Shown in pieces: positions 56,789 to 64,000 of a DNA stretch of 64,000 bases. The stretch is from Gemmatimonadota bacterium. Its GTDB lineage: Bacteria; Gemmatimonadota; Gemmatimonadetes; Gemmatimonadales; GWC2-71-9. Where the stretch lies: NCBI GenBank assembly GCA_039586365.1, contig JBDHKN010000036.1:1886-65885 (forward strand), written 5' to 3'. Under the pieces are notes generated by a model, which did not search any database, had not been told where the DNA came from, and worked only from the letters and a program-made list of their open reading frames with translations. The position numbers and the translations under genes are program-made. Within the stretch, counting starts at the first letter, position 1; every line of letters starts with the position of its first letter.

Positions 56789-57735
56789 GCTTCGTTCTCC
56801 AGCATCCACTCGTATGTGTTTGTCAGTCCATCCTTGAGTTCATACTGCGGGCGCCAATTCCACTCGCGGCTTGCCTTGCCGATCTGGACCGAACTCCGCT
56901 GCAGTTCGCCCGCACGTGCGGGAGCGTGCTCGATCGGAACGGCAATACCAGTTGCATCAACCAAGGTCTTCGCCAGCCCGTTCACGCTGGTCTCGACCGC
57001 GGTACCCACATTGAATGCGACTGCGTCGATCGAGCTTACGTTCGCTCCAGACCACGTCGTTGCTGCTATGTTGGCTCTGGCAACGTCGGACACGTGGACG
57101 TAGTCACGTGTCTGCTCTCCCTCCCCATATACCGTGAGCGCTTTGCCGGCCCGCAGCCGGCTACAGAATATCGCCACAACTCCCGCCTCTCCGTGAGGAT
57201 TCTGGCGCGGACCGTAGACGTTCGCGTACCGCAGCGACACGACCTCTAGCCCATGCAGCTGAGCATATGCTGCGAGGTAGAACTCTGAAGCCAACTTGCT
57301 GACACCGTAGGGTGATACAGGGAGCTTCCTCGCTTCCTCCGGGTGCGGCAAGTCAGCACTCTCGCCATACACGACCCCCCCTGAAGACGCGAAGACTACG
57401 CGTCTGGTGCCGCCGGCCCGGGCGCCTTCAAGCAAATTGATCAATCCAATGATGTTGGTGGTAGCGTCGAAAGCAGGGTCCAGTACCGACACCCGCACGT
57501 CCATCTGTGCCGCGTGATGGTTCAACACATCAAAAGGTCGACTCTCGAGCAGTCCGCGTGCCTCCGATGACCCGATGTCACACTGGACGAAGGCCGCACC
57601 TGCCGGAACGTTCTCGCGGCGCCCGCTTGACAGATTGTCTAAGACGGTGACCTCGTACCCCTCCTTCAAGTAGTGATCCGCCACGTGAGAACCGATGAAA
57701 CCCGCTCCGCCAGTTACCAGTGCACGCTTGTTCAC
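56785..57735 (-). CDS. NAD-dependent sugar epimerase/dehydratase (GalE/extended-SDR family)
   Basis: Starts at GTG 57735. Motifs are VTGGAGFIGSH and the catalytic YGVSK. Confidence 0.9.
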   Translation of the reverse strand: MNKRALVTGGAGFIGSHVADHYLKEGYEVTVLDNLSSGRRENVPAGAAFVQCDIGSSEARGLLESRPFDVLNHHAAQMDVRVSVLDPAFDATTNIIGLINLLEGARAGGTRRVVFASSGGVVYGESADLPHPEEARKLPVSPYGVSKLASEFYLAAYAQLHGLEVVSLRYANVYGPRQNPHGEAGVVAIFCSRLRAGKALTVYGEGEQTRDYVHVSDVARANIAATTWSGANVSSIDAVAFNVGTAVETSVNGLAKTLVDATGIAVPIEHAPARAGELQRSSVQIGKASREWNWRPQYELKDGLTNTYEWMLENEA

Positions 57736-57894
57736 TTCCTCACCTTTGTTCCGATCTGAGATATGAAAGTCAAGATAACGCCGAGCGCTCGGTCTGATCA
57801 GCCGATCGGACTGGCCACCAGACCCGGTGGATCATTGGCATCTTCTTCACGGATTGAATCTATACAGAGTCGTGGAATCGGATGTAGAGAGATA

Positions 57895-57929
57895 GACAGG
57901 CCACAACGGGACACCCGCAGCGGCCTGTC
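57895..57929 (-). terminator. Possible terminator hairpin after the LysM gene
   Basis: An 8-bp perfect stem, gacaggcc (57895-57902) / ggcctgtc (57922-57929), closes a 19-nt loop. On the minus strand it is followed by UAUCUCUCU. The call is weak because the loop is large and the U-tract poor. Confidence 0.3.
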
Positions 57930-57984
57930 CGACAACTCAGCAGTGCCGACGGTCCGTCCACCTGACGTTCCGCCGGCGAACATA

Positions 57985-59151
57985 TCAAGACGGCATCTTC
58001 CTGATAAGTCGAACGGGGTCGCCATTCCCGATCGGTGTGTCAAACACATTTATGATGAATCCAGATGCGGACAGATCACGGACATGAACAATGTGCATGA
58101 TCGCAACGACATCCCAAGCTTGCCCACTGGCTGCCATCTCGGGATCCCGCCGACGCAGCACTTCGAACACGTCTCCCAATACGATACCGTCTGACCGGCC
58201 AAGATCGATGAAGACGATGGCCTGTTGTCCGACAAATGGTGCGGGGTCGCGCAGCTCGATTATCTCGCCCATCGCACCGTTCTCAACCGGCACTGGAACC
58301 ACATCACCCGGATCGTCGAACCGCTCCAGCGGAATCGCGTATTGCCCGTCCGCCACACGGTTGAACTGACTCACCACCTCCGCTCTAGCCTTCGAGCCTG
58401 CTACAGCGGAAACCCGCACGATCCCAGTGGGCTTTACCACGCGGCCCCACCCCGTCACATCACGAGGAAGGGTCGCCACCAGCAAGGAATCGCCGACTTG
58501 ATAAGCGGCTGCCTGGGGAGCGCGCAGCTCGATTTCTTGGAATACCCTGGCCTGGGACGTGGTTGGCAATGTCGGGAGGGCCGGCCTGGCGACTGCCCCC
58601 AACACCTCTGCCCATGGAAGCTGTTCTCCCTCGGTCAGGAAACCCGCGGAGTAGAACTCACCTTTCCGTACGGCATGATAGCGATATGCTGGCGAGTGCT
58701 CGCGGGCTAAGATACGATCATCCGCAGAGCGTCTGATGAACACCGTCGGCGCCGTCTCAGTCGGCGGTGGGGCCGGCGCCATCGGCCGCGGTGGCTCGAC
58801 CGCAACCGCCTGGGCAGTATCGACCCTCTCGGGTGGCCTGGCGACAATCTCCGGACCTGGCACGTCGCTGGGCGGAGCGAGTCTCAACTCCTCACCCGGG
58901 AAGATCCAGTGAGGGTCTTCGACCACAATTGTGTTCAGACGAAAAATCTCGGGCCAAAGGAAGGGATCCCCCAGGTACCGCTGTGCGAGTTCCCACAGAG
59001 TCTCACCGGTTTGGACCACGTGTACGGTCTGGCCCTGAATCTGCTGCCCGCCGCGCGTGTTGTCCTGCGCCTCAGCTGTGGCCGTCGTGACTAGAAACAC
59101 GGCGGCCACAGCAGCGGCGAGATTAGAACGGAAGATCGTCGTCCTCCTCAT
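57985..59151 (-). CDS. Secreted LysM peptidoglycan-binding domain protein
   Basis: ATG 59151 gives the signal peptide MRRTTIFRSNLAAAVAAVFLVTTATAEA. The LysM motif is HVVQTGETLWELAQRYLGDPFLWPEIFRLN. The start lies 29 nt inside the ssb 3' end. Confidence 0.85.
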   Translation of the reverse strand: MRRTTIFRSNLAAAVAAVFLVTTATAEAQDNTRGGQQIQGQTVHVVQTGETLWELAQRYLGDPFLWPEIFRLNTIVVEDPHWIFPGEELRLAPPSDVPGPEIVARPPERVDTAQAVAVEPPRPMAPAPPPTETAPTVFIRRSADDRILAREHSPAYRYHAVRKGEFYSAGFLTEGEQLPWAEVLGAVARPALPTLPTTSQARVFQEIELRAPQAAAYQVGDSLLVATLPRDVTGWGRVVKPTGIVRVSAVAGSKARAEVVSQFNRVADGQYAIPLERFDDPGDVVPVPVENGAMGEIIELRDPAPFVGQQAIVFIDLGRSDGIVLGDVFEVLRRRDPEMAASGQAWDVVAIMHIVHVRDLSASGFIINVFDTPIGNGDPVRLIRKMPS

Positions 59152-59581
59152 CGAGAGCCTCCGGGAAGTCGTCGTACGACTCTTTTCCCCCTCCTGCCTG
59201 AGCACTCACCGCAGCCCCTGAATCCATCCCACCTGCTCGTGGAGAGAGCATTATTACCTCACGTGCAACGATCTCAGTCGTGTACCGCGTCTTGCCTTCC
59301 CGATCCTCCCAGGTGCGGTACTCGATCCTGCCCTCCACATAGATCCTGTCGCCCTTCTTCATGTACTTCTCAGCCAAGTCCGCCAGACCCGATCCCTTGT
59401 TGTTCCAAAGCACCACTCGGTGCCACTCGGTCTTTTCCTGACGCTCCCCCGACTGATTGTTCCACTGACGGCTGGTGGCGACCGAGAGTGTCGCCACCCG
59501 AGTCCCGCCGGTGGTGCTACGAACCTCTGGCTCGGATCCGAGGTTTCCGATCAGCATCACCTTGTTCAGGCTTCGACTCAA
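59123..59581 (-). CDS. ssb: Single-stranded DNA-binding protein
   Basis: TTG 59581 is preferred, with GGAGG 5 nt upstream, giving (M)SRSLNKVMLIGNLGSEPEVR as in canonical SSBs. It has an OB fold and the acidic tail DEEDDDLPF. Confidence 0.95.
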   Translation of the reverse strand: MSRSLNKVMLIGNLGSEPEVRSTTGGTRVATLSVATSRQWNNQSGERQEKTEWHRVVLWNNKGSGLADLAEKYMKKGDRIYVEGRIEYRTWEDREGKTRYTTEIVAREVIMLSPRAGGMDSGAAVSAQAGGGKESYDDFPEALDEEDDDLPF

Positions 59582-59626
59582 AATAACCTCCGAGAATTCG
59601 CGGGGTGGGGACCCGGACGGGCACAA

Positions 59627-59655
59627 ACTATAGGTGCTTTAAGTCCTTTTGTCAA
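59627..59655 (-). promoter_or_regulatory. Near-consensus sigma70-type promoter upstream of ssb
   Basis: The minus strand reads TTGACA (59655-59650), a 17-nt spacer, then TATAGT (59632-59627). It lies about 45 nt upstream of the TTG start. Confidence 0.55.
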
Positions 59656-59691
59656 CCGAAGATACGCGCTTTGGATCAAATTTATGCGAGC

Positions 59692-60420
59692 CTAAATCTG
59701 AGTTCCAGAAGCAGGTCCTAACTCCCTCCCGTGCTCCGTCTCCCACTTGACCTGAGCCTCCGCAAGCCTGCCGTACTCAGGTTCAAAGGACACCGGATCC
59801 TGGACCACCGCGGTGGCCCCCGAGGCTGTCATCATCTCGAGCAACGAACCGGCCCGCGGAACGCCAATAGGCGGTCCGACCGGTTCGCGGCCAGTCCAGC
59901 TGAGCACAACGTCTCTCTGGGCCACCGCGCCGTCACCCACTGCAAGAGAAGGCCTGACGCCACAAAGCTCCGTGAGCTGGGTCACCGTCCCCAACGTCGG
60001 GGGGAGATCCACAAGTACGTTCTCGTCCTCAAAGCGATAAATCGCCGCAAATACGTCCCCTCGGAACGCGTCGTACAGCGCAGCTATTGGGCCCTGATGG
60101 ACCGCCCGGAAACCCCAGGCGAGAACCAGTAGCGATGGTGCCGTGACCAACCTGAGTCGACTGTACTCGAGAGCGATGCCCTTCGCGGTGGCAAACCCTA
60201 TGCGCAGTCCCGTGAAGCTACCCGGTCCGTTTGCCACAGCGATGCCTGCCAAATCACTATAAGCCACCCCGGCTATACGCAGCACGAGTTCTATGGCGGG
60301 CATCAAAGCGGTCGCGTGACGCCGCTTTGCCACCAACAACTCTGCGATCGTGTTTCCAGGCTCACCCACCGCAACGCTGCCGTAATCAGTGGCCGTGTCG
60401 ATCGCCAGGTACACGCTCAA
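59692..60420 (-). CDS. tsaB: tRNA t6A37 biosynthesis protein TsaB (YeaZ)
   Basis: TTG 60420 overlaps the tsaE stop (TTGA) and gives (M)[17 protein letters not shown], the canonical N-terminus. The 119-codon Arg-rich upstream extension of the long ORF was rejected. Confidence 0.9.
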   Translation of the reverse strand: MSVYLAIDTATDYGSVAVGEPGNTIAELLVAKRRHATALMPAIELVLRIAGVAYSDLAGIAVANGPGSFTGLRIGFATAKGIALEYSRLRLVTAPSLLVLAWGFRAVHQGPIAALYDAFRGDVFAAIYRFEDENVLVDLPPTLGTVTQLTELCGVRPSLAVGDGAVAQRDVVLSWTGREPVGPPIGVPRAGSLLEMMTASGATAVVQDPVSFEPEYGRLAEAQVKWETEHGRELGPASGTQI

Positions 60421-60848
60421 GCCACCCTCGAGATTGTCCGCTGGCTTGCGACATCTGTGTGGGCGAAAGCAAGGTGGACGTCCGCGGCCGGCACCAACAA
60501 GCCCGCTCTCTCCGGCCACTCGACCAAGATCACCTGCGCTTGCCTGACGAGTTGTGGGAAATCGATATCGACCGCTTCCTCTGGCGACCGAAGGCGGTAG
60601 CAGTCCACGTGTACGAGGAGGCCCTCCTCTGCGGGGTACTCGTGAACGAGGGCGAACGTGGGACTGCGCGCCGGCTCCGCTCCGGCTGCTCGGGCCAGCG
60701 CTTGTACGAAAGCTGTCTTGCCAGCACCCAGGTCCCCAGTCAACCAGACTACTGACCCAGGCGACAGTTGCCGCCACAAGGCCACAGCGTAGGCATCGAG
60801 ATCTTCCAGCGACACCGTTTGTTGCGACCCTGTCCGAAACTCAGGCAC
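60417..60848 (-). CDS. tsaE: tRNA t6A37 biosynthesis ATPase TsaE (YjeE)
   Basis: GTG 60848 overlaps the uvrB stop (GTGCCTGA). Motifs are Walker [25 protein letters not shown] and HVDCYRL. Confidence 0.9.
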   Translation of the reverse strand: MPEFRTGSQQTVSLEDLDAYAVALWRQLSPGSVVWLTGDLGAGKTAFVQALARAAGAEPARSPTFALVHEYPAEEGLLVHVDCYRLRSPEEAVDIDFPQLVRQAQVILVEWPERAGLLVPAADVHLAFAHTDVASQRTISRVA

Positions 60849-62877
60849 GGCGTCTCGTGGCAGCACCAGCGGCAACTCCTCGCGGTGTCCGGCGGGATAG
60901 ATCCCCTGCCGCTTTGAGTTCGAAGATCTGATCGCGAAGTTGCGCCGCCAACTCGAAGTCCAGTTCTGCCGCTGCCTCTCGCATCTGTTGCTCCAGCGTG
61001 GCAATCAGAGCCTCGCGATCCAATATCTTCCCCGTTGGCTGGGCTGTTTCCCTCGGCTGGGCTGTCCGGGCGTCAGCGACCCTAGTCACGAATCGTACCT
61101 GGTCCACGGATTTGAAGATCGACCGCGGTGTGATCCCGTGCTCAGCGTTGTAGGCTTCTTGCACCGACCGGCGCCGGTCCATCTCATCCAATGCGCGCCT
61201 CATGGACCCAGTGATCCGGTCGGCGTAGAGCAATGCGCGACCAGATATGTTTCTGGCTGCCCGGCCGACTGTCTGGATCAACGATCGCTCGGACCTGAGG
61301 AATCCCTCCTGATCAGCATCGAGAATAGCTACCAGGGCAACCTCCGGTAGGTCCAAGCCCTCCCGCAGCAGGTTGATCCCGACTAGAACGTCGAACTCTC
61401 CCAGCCGCAATCCACGCACGATCTCCATGCGTTGGATCGTCTCGATGTCCGAATGCATGTAGCGGACCCTCACACCCGCCTGCAACAGGTAGTCAGTCAG
61501 ATCTTCGGCCATGCGCTTCGTCAGAACCGTCACCAGCACTCGCTCACCTCTAGCCTCGCATTTTCTGATTTCAGCCAGGAGATCGTCCACCTGCCCTCTC
61601 ACCGGTCGGACCTCGGTTGTGGGATCGACGAGCCCTGTAGGCCTGATGAGCTGCTCTACCACTACGCCTCCGGACAACCCGAGTTCGAAACCGCCCGGTG
61701 TCGCTGAGACGAACAGAATCCTGGGGGTAAGCGCCATGAATTCGTCATGGTTCAGCGGTCGGTTGTCTAGTGCCGATGGAAGTCGGAACCCGTACTCGAC
61801 CAGGGTGAGTTTGCGGGAACGGTCGCCTTCATACATCGCCCCCAACTGCGGTACGGTTACATGAGACTCATCCACAATTGTGAGGTATTCCTCGGGGAAG
61901 TAATCGAGCAGGCACGCAGGCCTCTCGCCTGCTTGGCGACCAGTGAGATGCCGACTGTAGTTCTCGACGCCGGCGCAAGTCCCGATCTCAAGCAACATGT
62001 CAATGTCGAAATTCGTGCGTGACTCAAGGCGTTGTGCTTCGAGGAGTTTGCCGGCGGCACGCAGCTCCACCAGTCGTTCCTTCACTTCTCCTTGGATGAG
62101 CTTAACAGCCCTCTCCACGGTTGGCCTGCGAACGACGAAGTGGGTTGCGGGATAGACGGCGCATTTCTGCAACTGGGTGATGACGTTACCCGTCAACGGA
62201 TCGATCTTGGAAATTCGCTCGACCTTGTCGCCCCAAAACTCGATACGTACTGCCTGTTCCTCATACGCCGGCAGGATCTCGATCGTATCGCCGCGGACCC
62301 GGAATGTACCCCTATCCAAAGCGACATCGTTGCGCTGGTATTGGATTCGCACCAGTGCTTCCAAGATCACGTCTCTCGGTGTGTCTTCCCCTTCTCTCAC
62401 TGTAACCATCAACCGGCGGTACTCCACTGGATCGCCCAACCCGTAGATCGCGCTCACCGTGGCAACGATGACAACGTCTTCGCGTTCCATCAGGCTGGAC
62501 GTCGCTCGCAGCCGGAGCATATCGATATCCTCGTTGATAGAGGCATCCTTTTCAATGTAGGTATCGGTCGCCGGAACATAGGCCTCTGGCTGATAGTAGT
62601 CGTAGTAGGAAACAAAGTACTCCACGGCATTGCTGGGAAAGAAGGACTTGAGCTCACCGTAGAGCTGCGCAGCCAGTGTCTTGTTGTGGGATAGAACCAG
62701 CGTGGGTCGCTCGTAGTTGGCGATCACGTTGGCCATCGTGACCGTCTTACCCGATCCGGTCACACCGAGCAGAGTCTGATGGCGGTCCCCTCGCGCCAGC
62801 CCGCTGCTCAACTCAGCGACCGCGTCCTGCTGATTGCCGGCCAACTCAAAAGGCATCTCGAGTCGGAAAACGCCCAT
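60841..62877 (-). CDS. uvrB: Excinuclease ABC subunit B
   Basis: The N-terminus is [23 protein letters not shown]. Motifs are [12 protein letters not shown] and the C-terminal UVR motif ([14 protein letters not shown]). Confidence 0.97.
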   Translation of the reverse strand: MGVFRLEMPFELAGNQQDAVAELSSGLARGDRHQTLLGVTGSGKTVTMANVIANYERPTLVLSHNKTLAAQLYGELKSFFPSNAVEYFVSYYDYYQPEAYVPATDTYIEKDASINEDIDMLRLRATSSLMEREDVVIVATVSAIYGLGDPVEYRRLMVTVREGEDTPRDVILEALVRIQYQRNDVALDRGTFRVRGDTIEILPAYEEQAVRIEFWGDKVERISKIDPLTGNVITQLQKCAVYPATHFVVRRPTVERAVKLIQGEVKERLVELRAAGKLLEAQRLESRTNFDIDMLLEIGTCAGVENYSRHLTGRQAGERPACLLDYFPEEYLTIVDESHVTVPQLGAMYEGDRSRKLTLVEYGFRLPSALDNRPLNHDEFMALTPRILFVSATPGGFELGLSGGVVVEQLIRPTGLVDPTTEVRPVRGQVDDLLAEIRKCEARGERVLVTVLTKRMAEDLTDYLLQAGVRVRYMHSDIETIQRMEIVRGLRLGEFDVLVGINLLREGLDLPEVALVAILDADQEGFLRSERSLIQTVGRAARNISGRALLYADRITGSMRRALDEMDRRRSVQEAYNAEHGITPRSIFKSVDQVRFVTRVADARTAQPRETAQPTGKILDREALIATLEQQMREAAAELDFELAAQLRDQIFELKAAGDLSRRTPRGVAAGAATRRRA

Positions 62878-62915
62878 ACGAACCCGAACTGGCTAGATGA
62901 TTTGCGCGAACTGCC

Positions 62916-64000
62916 TCACAGCGAGCCACGGCTCGCTGTGCTCGACGCCGGCTCGCGCCGATCCACCGAGCTCACGCCCTTAACACGCCGCATGACTCGC
63001 ATGACCTTGGCTAGGTGGGTCTGGTTCTCGACCTCAACCAGCACGGAACCGAACATGGCCCCGTCCTTGCTCCACAGTTCGGTGGCCTTGATGTTCGTCC
63101 CGGTCTGAGAGACAGCTTCCATCAGGTCTGCATACAGACCTCGCCGATCCTCGCCGGATACGCCAAGACAGACCACGAACAGCTCGCCCTGAATGCTCTG
63201 CCAGTCGATCTCGACCCTACGGTCAGCGTCGTCTGGCATAGTGAGTAGATTGGGACAGTCCGCCCGATGAATCGAGATCCCCCGTCCTTTCGTTACATAC
63301 CCAACAACCTGGTCTCCCGGCACGGGCTGACAACACTGCGCGTAACGAACCATGAGGCCATCGACACCATGGATGCGTACGCCGCGACCCAAGCGAATTC
63401 GGTCGAGTACACGGCCGAAAACGTTCGGTTTGGGGGCTTCCAGCTCCTGGGCTCCGTGATCGGGGAACAATGCTCGCACGACCTGTCCGATCGGAACATC
63501 ACCCCTGCCTAGGACCTCGTAGAGACCGTCGGCCGAACCCTGCGAGAGCTCTTCAGCGGCAGCGCGCACGGCACCCTCCCCCGGCGCGGAAAGCCGGCGG
63601 CGGCGTAGCTCGCGCGCCAGAATGTCCTTGCCGAGCGCAATAGAGGTTGCCCGCTCTTCCCGATTGATCCACTGTCGGATCTTGTGTCGAGCCCGAGCGG
63701 TTTTCACATGATTAAGCCAATCCTTGCTCGGACGAGCGTGTGGACCGGTGAGGATCTCGACCGTATCACCGTTCTTCAGCGCCCGGTGCAATGGAGCTAT
63801 CCTGCTATTGACCTTGGCACCCTGGCATTTCAGCCCAACTTCTGTATGTACCGCGAATGCGAAGTCGATAGCAGTCGCCCCTTTCGGCAACCTCTTCACA
63901 TCGCCCTCAGGAGTGAATACGAAGATTTCGTCCTGGAACAGGTCGATCTTCAGAAACTCGAGGAATTCCTCCGGACTATGGGCATCCTGCTGCAGCTCCA
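62916..64000 (-). CDS. rel: RelA/SpoT-family (p)ppGpp synthetase/hydrolase, C-terminal part (TGS to ACT). The gene continues beyond the right window edge.
   Basis: The frame is open to nt 64000. The upstream translation ...EEFLEFLKIDLFQDEIFVFTPEGDVKRLPKGATAIDFAFAVHTEVG is the canonical TGS region. The C-terminal ACT-like segment reads VEVENQTHLAKVMRVMRRVKGV. Confidence 0.9.
   Translation of the reverse strand, partial: ELQQDAHSPEEFLEFLKIDLFQDEIFVFTPEGDVKRLPKGATAIDFAFAVHTEVGLKCQGAKVNSRIAPLHRALKNGDTVEILTGPHARPSKDWLNHVKTARARHKIRQWINREERATSIALGKDILARELRRRRLSAPGEGAVRAAAEELSQGSADGLYEVLGRGDVPIGQVVRALFPDHGAQELEAPKPNVFGRVLDRIRLGRGVRIHGVDGLMVRYAQCCQPVPGDQVVGYVTKGRGISIHRADCPNLLTMPDDADRRVEIDWQSIQGELFVVCLGVSGEDRRGLYADLMEAVSQTGTNIKATELWSKDGAMFGSVLVEVENQTHLAKVMRVMRRVKGVSSVDRREPASSTASRGSL

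Noticed and set aside
59677-59684. TAAATTTG matching the Bacteroidetes-type -7 promoter element (TAnnTTTG) upstream of ssb.
   Set aside because: A near-perfect TTGACA-N17-TATAGT lies 22 nt downstream and explains ssb expression. The -33 partner of the TAAATTTG element would fall inside the tsaB coding sequence.

Overview
This is a high-GC window (about 60-67% in the lines I counted by hand) from a diderm bacterium. The gene content suggests the FCB/Gemmatimonadota-like group: an Oar-type TonB-dependent receptor, DUF4321, acidic TPR proteins and a Tol-Pal/LptD envelope. That taxon guess is tentative. I call about 52 protein-coding genes. I could not recognise any rRNA, tRNA, CRISPR array, transposase, integrase or prophage gene.

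Layout:
- Nt 1-16000 is an accessory-looking, strand-mosaic glycan locus. It holds a GT-C-like membrane protein, four GT2 glycosyltransferases (one with degenerate catalytic motifs), NodB-type and YdjC-type deacetylases, a DegT aminotransferase and a VanZ-like protein. It is interrupted by an Oar-type outer-membrane receptor plus lipoprotein operon. It ends in a two-gene low-GC island (about 40-52% GC).
- Nt 16000-64000 is a compact housekeeping core, almost entirely on the minus strand, with many 1-, 4- or 8-nt start/stop overlaps. Gene order by increasing coordinate is rarA, ZIP, cca, SDR, cpsB-like, a small ORF, alaS, recX, recA, yraN, ftsK, comB, accC, pilT, accB, efp, pepP, aroQ and an acidic TPR gene. 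Then come ppiD on the plus strand, tatA, DUF4321, a polyprenyl synthase, a second acidic TPR gene, hutI, hutU and a frameshifted lipoprotein. The run ends with lptD, tatC, ybgF, pal, tolB, tolA-like, tolR, tolQ, an epimerase, a LysM protein, ssb, tsaB, tsaE, uvrB and a rel C-terminal fragment.

Observations most worth a second look:
- A PilT-type ATPase sits between accB and accC, overlapping the accB stop codon by 8 nt and ending 2 nt before the accC start.
- The glycan locus shows an Arn-like and HpnI/HpnK-like aminosugar logic, with an active plus degenerate GT2 pair.
- Two giant acidic TPR proteins are present. One lacks a canonical start codon and runs about 90-130 nt into the next gene.
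- A 525-nt structured, ORF-poor region lies upstream of hutU.
- A lipoprotein gene appears frameshifted.

I found no clearly new multi-gene system such as a defence island. All start codons were refined by eye, and all family assignments come from motif recognition rather than database searches.
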